Shown here: in pieces, positions 1-8,038 of the stretch
Position numbering within the stretch: the stretch's first letter is position 1
Layout of the letters: each line of letters opens with the position of its first letter
Made by a program: the position numbers and the translations under genes
The notes under the pieces: generated by a model
Databases searched by the model: none
Told to the model about the DNA's origin: nothing
The model's input: the letters and a program-made list of their open reading frames with translations, nothing else
Source of the DNA: Candidatus Pacearchaeota archaeon
GTDB lineage: Archaea > Nanobdellota > Nanobdellia > Pacearchaeales > GW2011-AR1
Direction of reading: 5' to 3'
Assembly (NCBI GenBank): GCA_018303755.1
Contig: JAGVXO010000009.1
Location: 1 to 56,711, forward strand
Length of the DNA stretch: 56,711 nucleotides

Positions 1-207
1 GTTTCCCGCATCATCACTTATAATAATCGGTGTTGGTATTGTAAAATCAACAATTTCATTTCCAGTGTTTGTAATAACAAAAGATTTTGACAAATTTCCA
101 TTTGTGAATGTTACTGTTCCAGGGCTGACTGTAAAACTTGTTGCAGCACTTGCAAATCCTGATAGAATTATCATCAATGCAATCATTGAGATTAATTTTG
201 TTTTCAT
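1..207 (-). CDS. Secreted/surface protein, N-terminal part (runs off the window edge)
   Basis: Manually translated open frame MKTKLISMIALMIILSGFASAATSFTVSPGTVTF...; signal-peptide-like start followed by a T/S/V-rich beta-type sequence. Confidence 0.65.
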   Translation of the reverse strand, partial: MKTKLISMIALMIILSGFASAATSFTVSPGTVTFTNGNLSKSFVITNTGNEIVDFTIPTPIIISDDAGN

Positions 208-362
208 TTTGTTGTAATTTAGGAGTTACACCCCTTTATAAACTTTTCGTTTATTTTTGTTTTGCATCATCTTTTATTATTTTATTGAAGTCATATGTTC
301 AATTTTATTCGACAATAAAGTTTATAATCTTGCGCATATTAATAAAATCGTCTATAAACCAA

Positions 363-746
363 ATGAAATCGCGCGAAAATCTTTATAGTGCATGGGCTAT
401 TCTAATAGGTGTTATTCTCGCGATTATTATTGGAATTTTTCAGATTGCGCTTGTTTCATACTATTCGTGGATATATTTTGTCCTTGCTTTTCTTGGAATA
501 ATCGTCGGGCTTGCAAGTGTCAATGATGACTACCGCGATGCAATAATTTTCCTTATGGCTACTGTTTCTGTTGTAATAGTAAGTTCAATCGGGCAGGAAA
601 GATTATTATTCATAGGCGATGTAGGGAGATTTATGGTTACGATTCTCAATGCACTTCTCACAATGTTCATTCCTGCAACAATAATCGTTGCTGCAACAAT
701 AATCGTTGCGCTGAAAACAGTTTTCTCTGTGACGAGCGTGAAATAA
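363..746 (+). CDS. Small multi-pass membrane protein
   Basis: ORF from MKSRENLY with about 4 hydrophobic segments; carries an in-frame 18-bp tandem duplication at 673-708. Confidence 0.7.
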   Translation: MKSRENLYSAWAILIGVILAIIIGIFQIALVSYYSWIYFVLAFLGIIVGLASVNDDYRDAIIFLMATVSVVIVSSIGQERLLFIGDVGRFMVTILNALLTMFIPATIIVAATIIVALKTVFSVTSVK

Positions 747-796
747 CTTGAAAAAACTGTTTTTAAATTATTAGAATAAGAGAGAATATACACTTC

Positions 797-1348
797 TTAT
801 TTTCTATATTCTCTGTTTGGTCCTGCAAATTTTGCACAGCATTCTTCTAATTTTGTTGGAGTTAATTCTGAAACTGCTTTATAACCTATTTTATCAGAAT
901 ATGGGTTAGAATCTATTGAGCCATAATATAAACTTAATTTAATTGATTGCAGAGTAATAGTATCTGATATTTCATTTGCCCAAGCATCAAAAATACTATG
1001 TCCAGGCTCCCAATACTTAAAAGATTCTATAGAAGGATATTGCAAAAATGCACTAAACCTTTTAGAGTATTCTTGTTGTCCTAAAATTCTAATTGCCTCT
1101 GAATAATTTTCAACAGTTAATCTGTCCGAGGGTGTTATAGGACTTAATTTTCCAACTTCCCATGCACCTTCAAACATAGGCTCTTCTTCATTACCAAGTT
1201 CTATACTTCTTTTTGCTCCCACAACTACCGGAAACTTCCATTCTTCATCAAAAAGATTTCTTAAATATGCTTCAAATTCTTTAATATCTTTAAAGTGTTT
1301 TGAATGTTCTCTTCTTAAATCAAATAATTCTTGTTCTCCTACAACCAT
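797..1348 (-). CDS. Hypothetical protein
   Basis: 183-aa ORF with no recognised motif. Confidence 0.6.
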   Translation of the reverse strand: MVVGEQELFDLRREHSKHFKDIKEFEAYLRNLFDEEWKFPVVVGAKRSIELGNEEEPMFEGAWEVGKLSPITPSDRLTVENYSEAIRILGQQEYSKRFSAFLQYPSIESFKYWEPGHSIFDAWANEISDTITLQSIKLSLYYGSIDSNPYSDKIGYKAVSELTPTKLEECCAKFAGPNREYRK

Positions 1349-1387
1349 AATTAATAATTAGATTAAGAGTTTATTAGGTTTATTGTG

Positions 1388-1665
1388 ATGAAAAGATATT
1401 AAATATTTTAATTATTAAAGATTAAAAGAATAAACCTTCAATGAAAAGATATTAAATAATGGAAAAGAATGGTTGGTTGTTAGCAAAATAAACTCGCTCG
1501 CCATTCGGGCTCGCCTTATTTTGGTTCGCTCTGCTCACTTATCTAATTCTGCAAATCTCTAATTCATTTATACTTTGGTTCTTCAGATGATTTTAATTAA
1601 AAGAATAAAACTTCAATTAAAAGATGTTAAATAAGGAAAAGTTATGGGGTGTTAGAAAAATAGTT
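1388..1665 (-). repeat. Modular intergenic repeat family, two partial units
   Basis: Contains ctcgctcgcc..gggctcgcc, cacttatctaattctgcaaat and aaataaggaaaagttatggggtgttagaaaaa, also seen at 30650-30942; boundaries approximate. Confidence 0.75.
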
Positions 1666-1700
1666 CCTTATATTAAATTAAAATTAACTTATGAAGAAGA

Positions 1701-2093
1701 TTAATACATCTCGGTTCTTCTTGACTCATCCATTGCAGGCACTGGATTTTCTGGTATTGTTATCTCTGCAAATGAAGGTGTTGCAATTATAATATTTTCT
1801 CCAAAGCCAGTTATATTGCCCTCAAGCGCCTCTGTAGTTTTCTTTATTTTTGAAACAGCTCTTTTAAGCTCGATTATGTCTTTTTTTCTCAATGCCTGTA
1901 TATCTATAATAGCTATAGTATATCCCTCTCTTAGCGCATTAAGTATCTCATTTACATCTTCAAATTTTCTTAGAACAAAAGGCCTTACGCCGACTTTCAT
2001 CCTTTTTTCTTCTTGTCCAACATCAACTTCAAAATAGTCGCTTCCTTCAGAAGAATTTCCTCCCACCAATTTTTTTAATTTATCGAACACCAT
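1701..2093 (-). CDS. sepF: Cell division protein SepF
   Basis: Archaeal SepF pattern: ILNALREGYTIAIIDI, ELKRAVSKIK, GNITGFGENIIIATP. Confidence 0.85.
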   Translation of the reverse strand: MVFDKLKKLVGGNSSEGSDYFEVDVGQEEKRMKVGVRPFVLRKFEDVNEILNALREGYTIAIIDIQALRKKDIIELKRAVSKIKKTTEALEGNITGFGENIIIATPSFAEITIPENPVPAMDESRRTEMY

Positions 2094-2132
2094 ATTAAAT
2101 TTAAATTCGGCTGGTTTATAAAGATTTCTATA

Positions 2133-2462
2133 TTACTTTATTTTTTCCATTATTTCGCCCCTAATTCTTTCAATTTCCTCCCTTATTTCAAGCTCGTGCT
2201 TTTCAACTGTCTTTAATTTTATCCCAACGAGTTTAAGCCTTTCTTCAAGCTCTTTTTTAAGCGTTTCCTTGTCTGATTTTATCATTATCTGCCCTAAAAC
2301 GCGAAAAACCTCTCCCTTTGCCTTACCCAGCTCTTCAAGTGCGGTTTTTGATTCGCTTTCATCAATCTGAAGCGCCTGCTTTTGCATTGCAATTCCCTGA
2401 AAATTCTGTTCAAGAATCTGCAATTCCTGCATTTTCTCATTGGTTTCTTTGTCTATTTGCAT
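2133..2462 (-). CDS. pfdB: Prefoldin beta subunit
   Basis: Coiled coil with the VFRVLGQIMIK beta-hairpin; usual neighbour of rpo12 and rpl37ae. Confidence 0.9.
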   Translation of the reverse strand: MQIDKETNEKMQELQILEQNFQGIAMQKQALQIDESESKTALEELGKAKGEVFRVLGQIMIKSDKETLKKELEERLKLVGIKLKTVEKHELEIREEIERIRGEIMEKIK

Positions 2463-2467
2463 TTTGC

Positions 2468-2605
2468 TCAGTCAGTTTTTATTTTTGCTACAGCGCTTCT
2501 TGGCTTGTAGAATATTTTTGAATTGCAGAAAGGGCATGTAAATCTCTTGTCAAGTTTTTTCGATGAGATTTTTTTCCCACATTTGAAACATTTGTATTCT
2601 GCCAT
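2468..2605 (-). CDS. rpo12: RNA polymerase subunit P (Rpo12)
   Basis: Not in the ORF track; manual translation MAEYKCFKCGKKISSKKLDKRFTCPFCNSKIFYKPR... gives a zinc ribbon; lies between rpl37ae and pfdB. Confidence 0.9.
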   Translation of the reverse strand: MAEYKCFKCGKKISSKKLDKRFTCPFCNSKIFYKPRSAVAKIKTD

Positions 2606-2649
2606 ATTTTTATAAAATTGTTATTTATATTTAAAGGTTTGCTATTTAA

Positions 2650-2865
2650 TTATTCAAGATAGTAAGCTCCGCCTGCAAATGTTTTCCCGCATTTTTTGCA
2701 CTGCCATATTCCTGCATATTTTCTTTTTGCAGTAAGATTACTGCAGAAAGGGCATTTTTGTTTTTTTCTCTGCTTTGATTCAACAGCGACGAATTTTGCT
2801 CTTACATTAGTGCCATAGCCTGCTCCGAACTTTCCACTTGCTTTTACTTTTTTTGTTCGCACCAT
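2650..2865 (-). CDS. rpl37ae: 50S ribosomal protein L37ae
   Basis: GKFGAGYG, CPFC...GIWQCKKCGKTFAGGAY. Confidence 0.95.
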   Translation of the reverse strand: MVRTKKVKASGKFGAGYGTNVRAKFVAVESKQRKKQKCPFCSNLTAKRKYAGIWQCKKCGKTFAGGAYYLE

Positions 2866-3109
2866 TTGGTTTGTTGCTTTAAATTTTGTTTAATTCTGCT
2901 ATTGTATCAAAAAGATAGTTTTAAAATGTTTTGATATGGGGTTGCGCCCGAGCAATTGCACGAGCTAAAGGGGTTTATACAACGAGTGCAATCGCGAGTA
3001 GCAGGCGCGCTTGATAATTTAATTAATATCAAAAAAGAAAAAGGCAAATTGAAAAAATGTGAAATAAGGCAAAGCTATGGGATATTTAAAGAAGTGAATT
3101 AGTGCACTA

Positions 3110-3270
3110 TGTGCTTGTTTTATTCTGCAAAATTGTTAACCCTTGATACATTAGCTATTCTGCTTTTTAATTGATACTCTTTAAGATATGCTAAAGATTA
3201 AAATAAAAATAATAAAATTCCAATAAAAAAATATTGAATAAGGGAAAAGAATGGCGTGTTAGAAAAATTA
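3110..3270 (-). repeat. Modular intergenic repeat family copy
   Basis: cttgttttattctgcaaaattgttaa...aataagggaaaagaatggcgtgttagaaaaa. Confidence 0.7.
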
Positions 3271-3287
3271 AAAAGTATTTTCAACAT

Positions 3288-4004
3288 TTATTTCTTCTTC
3301 GCTATTTCTTTCTTCCCAGCTTCCTTTTTAGGCACTTCTTTCTTTGCTTCTTTCCCAGCTTCTTTTTTCGGCTCTTCTTTCTTTGCTTCTTCTGCTCCTG
3401 CTTCGGTTTTCTGTGTTTCTTTAGCTTCTTCCTGCGCTTTAATTGCCTGCGCAGCTGCCTGCTGTTTTAACTGAAGTGATTTGAAATAATCATCCAGTTC
3501 TTTCTTTTTCTCATCAGAAACTTCTGTTTTTTCTGAGATTATCTCTTTATCATATTTTCCTGCATCAATTTCTTTCTCCACTTCTGCAGGCGATTTGCTT
3601 TCAACAAGCACTCCTAAACTGACACAGCTTCCTACAATTGTTTTTACAGCACTTTTAAGAGTTTTTTCAAGCATTTCAGGCTTTTTTATTTTTGCAATTG
3701 AGATAATTCTTTCAATTGCAATATTCCCAGCGCAATTATTTTTATGGTCTCCGCTTCCTTTTTCTGCTCCAATTTCTTTTTTTATAAGTTCTGGTACAGG
3801 AGGAGATTTTACAGTAATTTTAAAATTTTTTGTTGAAGTATTAATATCAAGCTCAACAGGGACTTTTATTCCTTTGAATCCTTCTGTTGCTTTATTCACC
3901 TCAGAAATTACTTTTCCTATGTTTATTCCAAGCGGGCCGAGCTTTTGTGCAAGTGTCGGTCCAGGCACCATGCTTCCACCTTCAACAAGAAGTCCGACTA
4001 TCAT
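3288..4004 (-). CDS. rpl11: 50S ribosomal protein L11 with K/E/A-rich C-terminal extension
   Basis: PGPTLAQKLGPLGINIG, IVGSCVSLGV. Confidence 0.95.
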   Translation of the reverse strand: MIVGLLVEGGSMVPGPTLAQKLGPLGINIGKVISEVNKATEGFKGIKVPVELDINTSTKNFKITVKSPPVPELIKKEIGAEKGSGDHKNNCAGNIAIERIISIAKIKKPEMLEKTLKSAVKTIVGSCVSLGVLVESKSPAEVEKEIDAGKYDKEIISEKTEVSDEKKKELDDYFKSLQLKQQAAAQAIKAQEEAKETQKTEAGAEEAKKEEPKKEAGKEAKKEVPKKEAGKKEIAKKK

Positions 4005-4462
4005 TCCTCCACCTCTGTTTTATCAGTGCTTCTTCTTATCACCTTAACATTTTCAAGCTTGATTGTAACAGGTATTTGAACCACTGCTCCAAGCAAACTT
4101 ACAACAACTTCACCTTTCTGCATATCAACCCTTATCACTCTTGCCTTTTCTTTTTTAAAGGGATCTGATAATATTTCTACAATATCCTCTTTTTCTATAT
4201 TCATGACAGTTATATTCGGCTCAACCATATTTTTTACTTCATCATATTCTATTGTCTTGCCTATAATTCCTTTGACATATGGAAGTCCGAAACATGCCTC
4301 TTCTGCACTCTCTCTGTTTTCTGATTCAAGAATAATATAGCCCCTTAATCCAAGCGGTTTTGCAACAGAATAAACATTTAACTCTTTTTTAGGCATATGC
4401 TCTGCTATCATATCCATTACTTTTTCTTCTTTGTTTGTTGTTACTTTTATTACAAAAATCAT
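4001..4462 (-). CDS. spt5: Transcription elongation factor Spt5 (NusG family)
   Basis: NGN domain (VKVTTNKE, LRGYIILE) plus KOW (DIVEILSDPFKKEKARV); start moved to MIFVIKV. Confidence 0.92.
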   Translation of the reverse strand: MIFVIKVTTNKEEKVMDMIAEHMPKKELNVYSVAKPLGLRGYIILESENRESAEEACFGLPYVKGIIGKTIEYDEVKNMVEPNITVMNIEKEDIVEILSDPFKKEKARVIRVDMQKGEVVVSLLGAVVQIPVTIKLENVKVIRRSTDKTEVEE

Positions 4463-4502
4463 TTTTCCAAAGCACAAGGATTGTTTATTAATCTTTCTGT
4501 TA

Positions 4503-4676
4503 TTATCCCAGCGCAAGCTTCATCAAAATTGCTATTGCAAATCCTATCAGCCCGATTATCATTATTCCTATTGCAGATACTTTTGCAACCATCATAAACT
4601 CTTCTTTTGAAGGTTTTCTAAGCACATGCCATACTCTTACACACTTTTTGACAAAGTTTCTGATTCCAAGGTCCAT
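4503..4676 (-). CDS. secE: Protein translocase SecE / Sec61-gamma
   Basis: Not in the ORF track; MDLGIRNFVKKCVRVWHVLRKPSKEEFMMVAKVSAIGIMIIGLIGF...; lies upstream of spt5. Confidence 0.92.
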   Translation of the reverse strand: MDLGIRNFVKKCVRVWHVLRKPSKEEFMMVAKVSAIGIMIIGLIGFAIAILMKLALG

Positions 4677-4839
4677 GGGTTTAAAAGAATTAAAGTGTAT
4701 TTAAAGTTTGTTCTCAATACATTGCAGGGCATCAGGGAGGCTATTAAGATATTATAATCTAAATTTTTGAAAATTGACTTAACCAATTTAATATTAATAA
4801 TCAATGTTTTATTTTTGTCTAATAATCACTTATCGGATA

Positions 4840-4920
4840 TAGATTCCAATGTATAAATCGGATTAAGGATTTGCAGAATAAAAAAAGGCGAGCGAGGCGA
4901 ATCCGAGCGAGCCAATATCT
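4840..4920 (+). repeat. Modular intergenic repeat family, partial copy upstream of iscS
   Basis: ccaatgtataaatcggattaaggatttgcagaataaaaaaaggcgagcgaggcgaatccgagcgagccaat. Confidence 0.75.
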
Positions 4921-4984
4921 TCTTAATCCAATAATCTCAGGCATCAGCGAAATATTTATATAATCCCAGAATATATAATTCACT

Positions 4985-6172
4985 ATGGTTAAGAAATGGC
5001 TTTCAGAAGTGTTTAATCAAAAAATTATCTATTTAGATAATGGCGCAACCACAAGAGTTGATGAAGAAGTTGTAAAAGCAATGCTCCCTTATTTTTCAAA
5101 AGAATACGGTAATGCTTCTTCTACACATGCCCTTGGCAGAGAAGCAAAAAATGCGCTTGAGAACTCAAGAAAAATTATTGCAAATTCAATAAATGCCAGC
5201 AGAGAAGAAATATTCTTTACATCAGGTGGCACAGAATCAAATAATCTTGCAATAAAAGGAATTGCATTTGCAAATAAACAAAGAGGAAACCATATTATTA
5301 CAACAAAAATTGAGCATAAATGCGTCCTCAATGCCTGCAAATGGCTTGAAGAAAATGGATTTAAAATAACTTATCTAAATGTAGACAGCAAGGGATTTAT
5401 AGATTTAAAAGAGCTTGAGAAATCAATAACTGAAAAAACAATTCTTATTTCAGTTATTCATGGTAATAATGAAATAGGCACAATACAGGATTTGGAATCA
5501 ATTGGAAAAATATGTGCAAGGCACGAAGTTTATTTTCATACAGATGCCTGCCAAAGTCATACGAAAACAGAGCTTGATGCAAAGAAATTCAATCTTTCTC
5601 TTGTTACACTTAATTCTCATAAAATTCACGGCCCAAAAGGTGTTGGTGCATTATACATAAGAAAAGGAGTTAATATTCTTCCTTGGCAGCACGGAGGAGG
5701 GCAGGAATCAGGAATTCGTTCAGGAACAGAAAATGTTGCAGGAATTGTCGGATTTGCAAAAGCAGTTCAGCTTGCAAATGATAAAAAACATAGAAAGCAT
5801 ATGGAAAAACTAAGGGACAAGCTTATTGAAAACATTTTAAAAATTTCAGGAGTAAAATTAAATGGAGCATCAGGAAACAGGAGATTATGCAACAATGCGA
5901 ATTTTTCATTTAAAGGAGTTGAAGGAGAGGCAATAGGAGGCTATTTAGACCAAAAAGGAATTTGCAGTTCAACAGGAAGCGCATGTTCTGAAAGAAACCT
6001 TGCTCCAAGTTATGTTTTGACAGCAATAGGGCTTACTCATCAGGAAGCGAATGGCAGTTTAAGATTGACTTTAAGCAGATTCACAACAGATGAAGAAATT
6101 GAATATGCACTTAAAGTGCTTCCGGGGATAATTTCAAAATTACGCCTTATATCGCCATTCGGAGCTGTTTAA
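4985..6172 (+). CDS. iscS: Cysteine desulfurase IscS/NifS
   Basis: YLDNGATT, FTSGGTESNN, PLP lysine in SHKIHGPKG, catalytic STGSAC. Confidence 0.96.
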   Translation: MVKKWLSEVFNQKIIYLDNGATTRVDEEVVKAMLPYFSKEYGNASSTHALGREAKNALENSRKIIANSINASREEIFFTSGGTESNNLAIKGIAFANKQRGNHIITTKIEHKCVLNACKWLEENGFKITYLNVDSKGFIDLKELEKSITEKTILISVIHGNNEIGTIQDLESIGKICARHEVYFHTDACQSHTKTELDAKKFNLSLVTLNSHKIHGPKGVGALYIRKGVNILPWQHGGGQESGIRSGTENVAGIVGFAKAVQLANDKKHRKHMEKLRDKLIENILKISGVKLNGASGNRRLCNNANFSFKGVEGEAIGGYLDQKGICSSTGSACSERNLAPSYVLTAIGLTHQEANGSLRLTLSRFTTDEEIEYALKVLPGIISKLRLISPFGAV

Positions 6173-6202
6173 TTAAAAACCCTTAAATTATCTTCAATAA
6201 AA

Positions 6203-7654
6203 ATGTACAATAAAAAAACTTTTCAGATATTCAATAACCCTAAATTTTCAGGAGAAATAAAAAACGCAGATGCAGTTGGGCAGGTGGGAAATATGCGCTG
6301 TGGAGACGTTATGAAGATATTTTTGAAAGTTGATAAAAAAACAAAAAAGATTAAAGATATAAAATTTCAAACCTATGGGTGTTTACCCCCACAAGAAAAA
6401 GTGAATCTAAGGGGAAAATGGAAAGAAATATCTAATTTATCTGAATCAGAAAATGTTCTCAATGGCAATGGAAATGAAACCACAATAAAAAAGATATTCA
6501 AAAGAGATTATCATGGAGATTTATTAAAATTTATCCCTTTTGTTTCTCCGTATAATGCTTTTTATGTAACACCAGAACATCCTATTTTATGTATAAAAAG
6601 AAAACGTATTAAAAAAACAAAGAAAGCATACTCAAAAAGTGCTTGGCTTATGGTCAACCATGATGAATTAATGTCTACTAAACCTGATTATACAGAAGCA
6701 GGAAATTTAGAAACTGGAGATTATTTAGTATTTTCATATAATAAAAAAGTTATAAACAAAAAAGAATATACCAACTCGTTTTTAAGGCTAATAGGCTATT
6801 ACTTATCAGAGGGCTACGTAAGTGCTAAGGGTGGTGCAATTGGTTTTGCGTTTAATAAAAAAGAAAAAGAATATATTGAAGAGGTTAAAAAGTTAATTGA
6901 AGATGTTGTATTAAAAGAAGCTAAATCAAGAGTAAGAGCCAATGTTGAAGAAGTCTATGTTAATTCACGTGAGTTTGTCAGAAAAATATTAAAAGAGGCA
7001 GGGAAACTGGCTACAAAAAAAAGATTATCAAAGGAAATTATGTTACTCCCCCCAAAAAGACAATTAGAGATTATTGAAACTTATTTAAATGGAGATGGAG
7101 ATCTTTATTTTAGAAGAAAAGGCAACACGGCAACGTATCGCCTTGCTACTTCATCAGAAAGCTTAGCAATACAACTTCAAGAGATTTTAGCAAGAAATAA
7201 AATTTTTGCCTCAATTCGTAAACGAATACAAAAAGAGAGTAATATTGGTGGTAGAATTATTAGGGGAGGTCAAGAGTTGTTTATCGTCTCATACAAAAAA
7301 GATAGAAAGCATAAATTTGTACACCCAACAAGAAACTATTTTTTAGTTCCAATTAAAAAAATAGAAAAAGAAAAATATGGAGGAAAGGTTTATAATTTTG
7401 AGGTTTCATCTGAACCCAATTCTTATCTTGTTAGAGGATTCGTTGTGCATAATTGCATCGCCGCGATAACAGCATCTGAGATTATGTGCAAGCTCGCAAA
7501 AGGAAAAACTTTAGAGCAGGCAATGAAAATAAACCCAGAAGATATTGTTAAAAAGTTGGGTGAAGTGCCTGAAATTAAATTTCATTGTTCAATACTCGGC
7601 ACGCAGGCATTAAGAAAGGCGATTGAGAATTATAAAGAGAAAGTGAAAGATTAA
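6203..7654 (+). CDS. iscU: Fe-S scaffold IscU/NifU-N (125 aa after splicing) interrupted by an intein
   Basis: Exteins GNMRCGDVMKIFLKV...KFQTYG and CIAAITASE...KFHCSILG supply the three IscU cysteines; directly follows iscS. Confidence 0.92.
   Translation: MYNKKTFQIFNNPKFSGEIKNADAVGQVGNMRCGDVMKIFLKVDKKTKKIKDIKFQTYGCLPPQEKVNLRGKWKEISNLSESENVLNGNGNETTIKKIFKRDYHGDLLKFIPFVSPYNAFYVTPEHPILCIKRKRIKKTKKAYSKSAWLMVNHDELMSTKPDYTEAGNLETGDYLVFSYNKKVINKKEYTNSFLRLIGYYLSEGYVSAKGGAIGFAFNKKEKEYIEEVKKLIEDVVLKEAKSRVRANVEEVYVNSREFVRKILKEAGKLATKKRLSKEIMLLPPKRQLEIIETYLNGDGDLYFRRKGNTATYRLATSSESLAIQLQEILARNKIFASIRKRIQKESNIGGRIIRGGQELFIVSYKKDRKHKFVHPTRNYFLVPIKKIEKEKYGGKVYNFEVSSEPNSYLVRGFVVHNCIAAITASEIMCKLAKGKTLEQAMKINPEDIVKKLGEVPEIKFHCSILGTQALRKAIENYKEKVKD
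6380..7453 (+). mobile_element. Intein (358 aa) with LAGLIDADG homing endonuclease
   Basis: Block A CLPPQEKV, block B VTPEHPI, LAGLIDADG blocks LIGYYLSEG and IETYLNGDG, block F VYNFEV, block G VVHN followed by +1 Cys. Confidence 0.93.
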
Positions 7655-7659
7655 GTAAA

Positions 7660-7820
7660 TAATTGGCTCGCTCCGCTCGCTTATCTATTTTTTTAAATCC
7701 CTAATCCACTTGGCATTTTGATTTTTATGCTTTTAATTGGTATTAAGAATAAACTAAAAAGGGAAATAAAAAGTTATTGAATAAGGGAAAAGTTATTGAA
7801 TAAGGGAAAAGTTATTGAAA
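7660..7820 (-). repeat. Modular intergenic repeat copy with an internal 19-bp tandem (about 2.7 units)
   Basis: ttggctcgctccgctcgcttatctatt...aaatccctaatcc; unit aaaagttattgaataaggg repeated over 7769-7819. Confidence 0.7.
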
Positions 7821-7867
7821 GATATTAATAAAAAAGAAGAAAAAGAAAAGAATTATTGGGCTAAAAC

Positions 7868-8035
7868 TTAGTCCTGTATTCTTATTTGTTCTGCCATCCA
7901 TGCAAACATTAAAGCAATTCCGCCTAATGTTGCTGTTGTTCCTAGCCCTAAATTGTTATACCAAGAAACAAAGCAAAAAATGGCCCAAATTATTGCCCAA
8001 AAATAAGAATTGTAAATAAATGTCTTTTTTTTCAT
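7868..8035 (-). CDS. Small membrane protein (55 aa)
   Basis: Manual translation MKKKTFIYNSYFWAIIWAIFCFVSWYNNLGLGTTATLGGIALMFAWMAEQIRIQD; starts 3 bp after the stop of the upstream gene. Confidence 0.55.
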   Translation of the reverse strand: MKKKTFIYNSYFWAIIWAIFCFVSWYNNLGLGTTATLGGIALMFAWMAEQIRIQD

Positions 8036-8038
8036 TTT

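Noticed and set aside
138-362. N-terminal extension of the 202-aa ORF
   Set aside because: It overlaps a better minus-strand gene (1-207) and the promoter region; the ATG at 363 is more plausible.
3234-3474. Plus-strand ORFs 3234-3470 and 3256-3474, and the repeat family being protein-coding
   Set aside because: They are antisense shadows of the low-complexity rpl11 tail. Repeat copies differ by frame-breaking indels.
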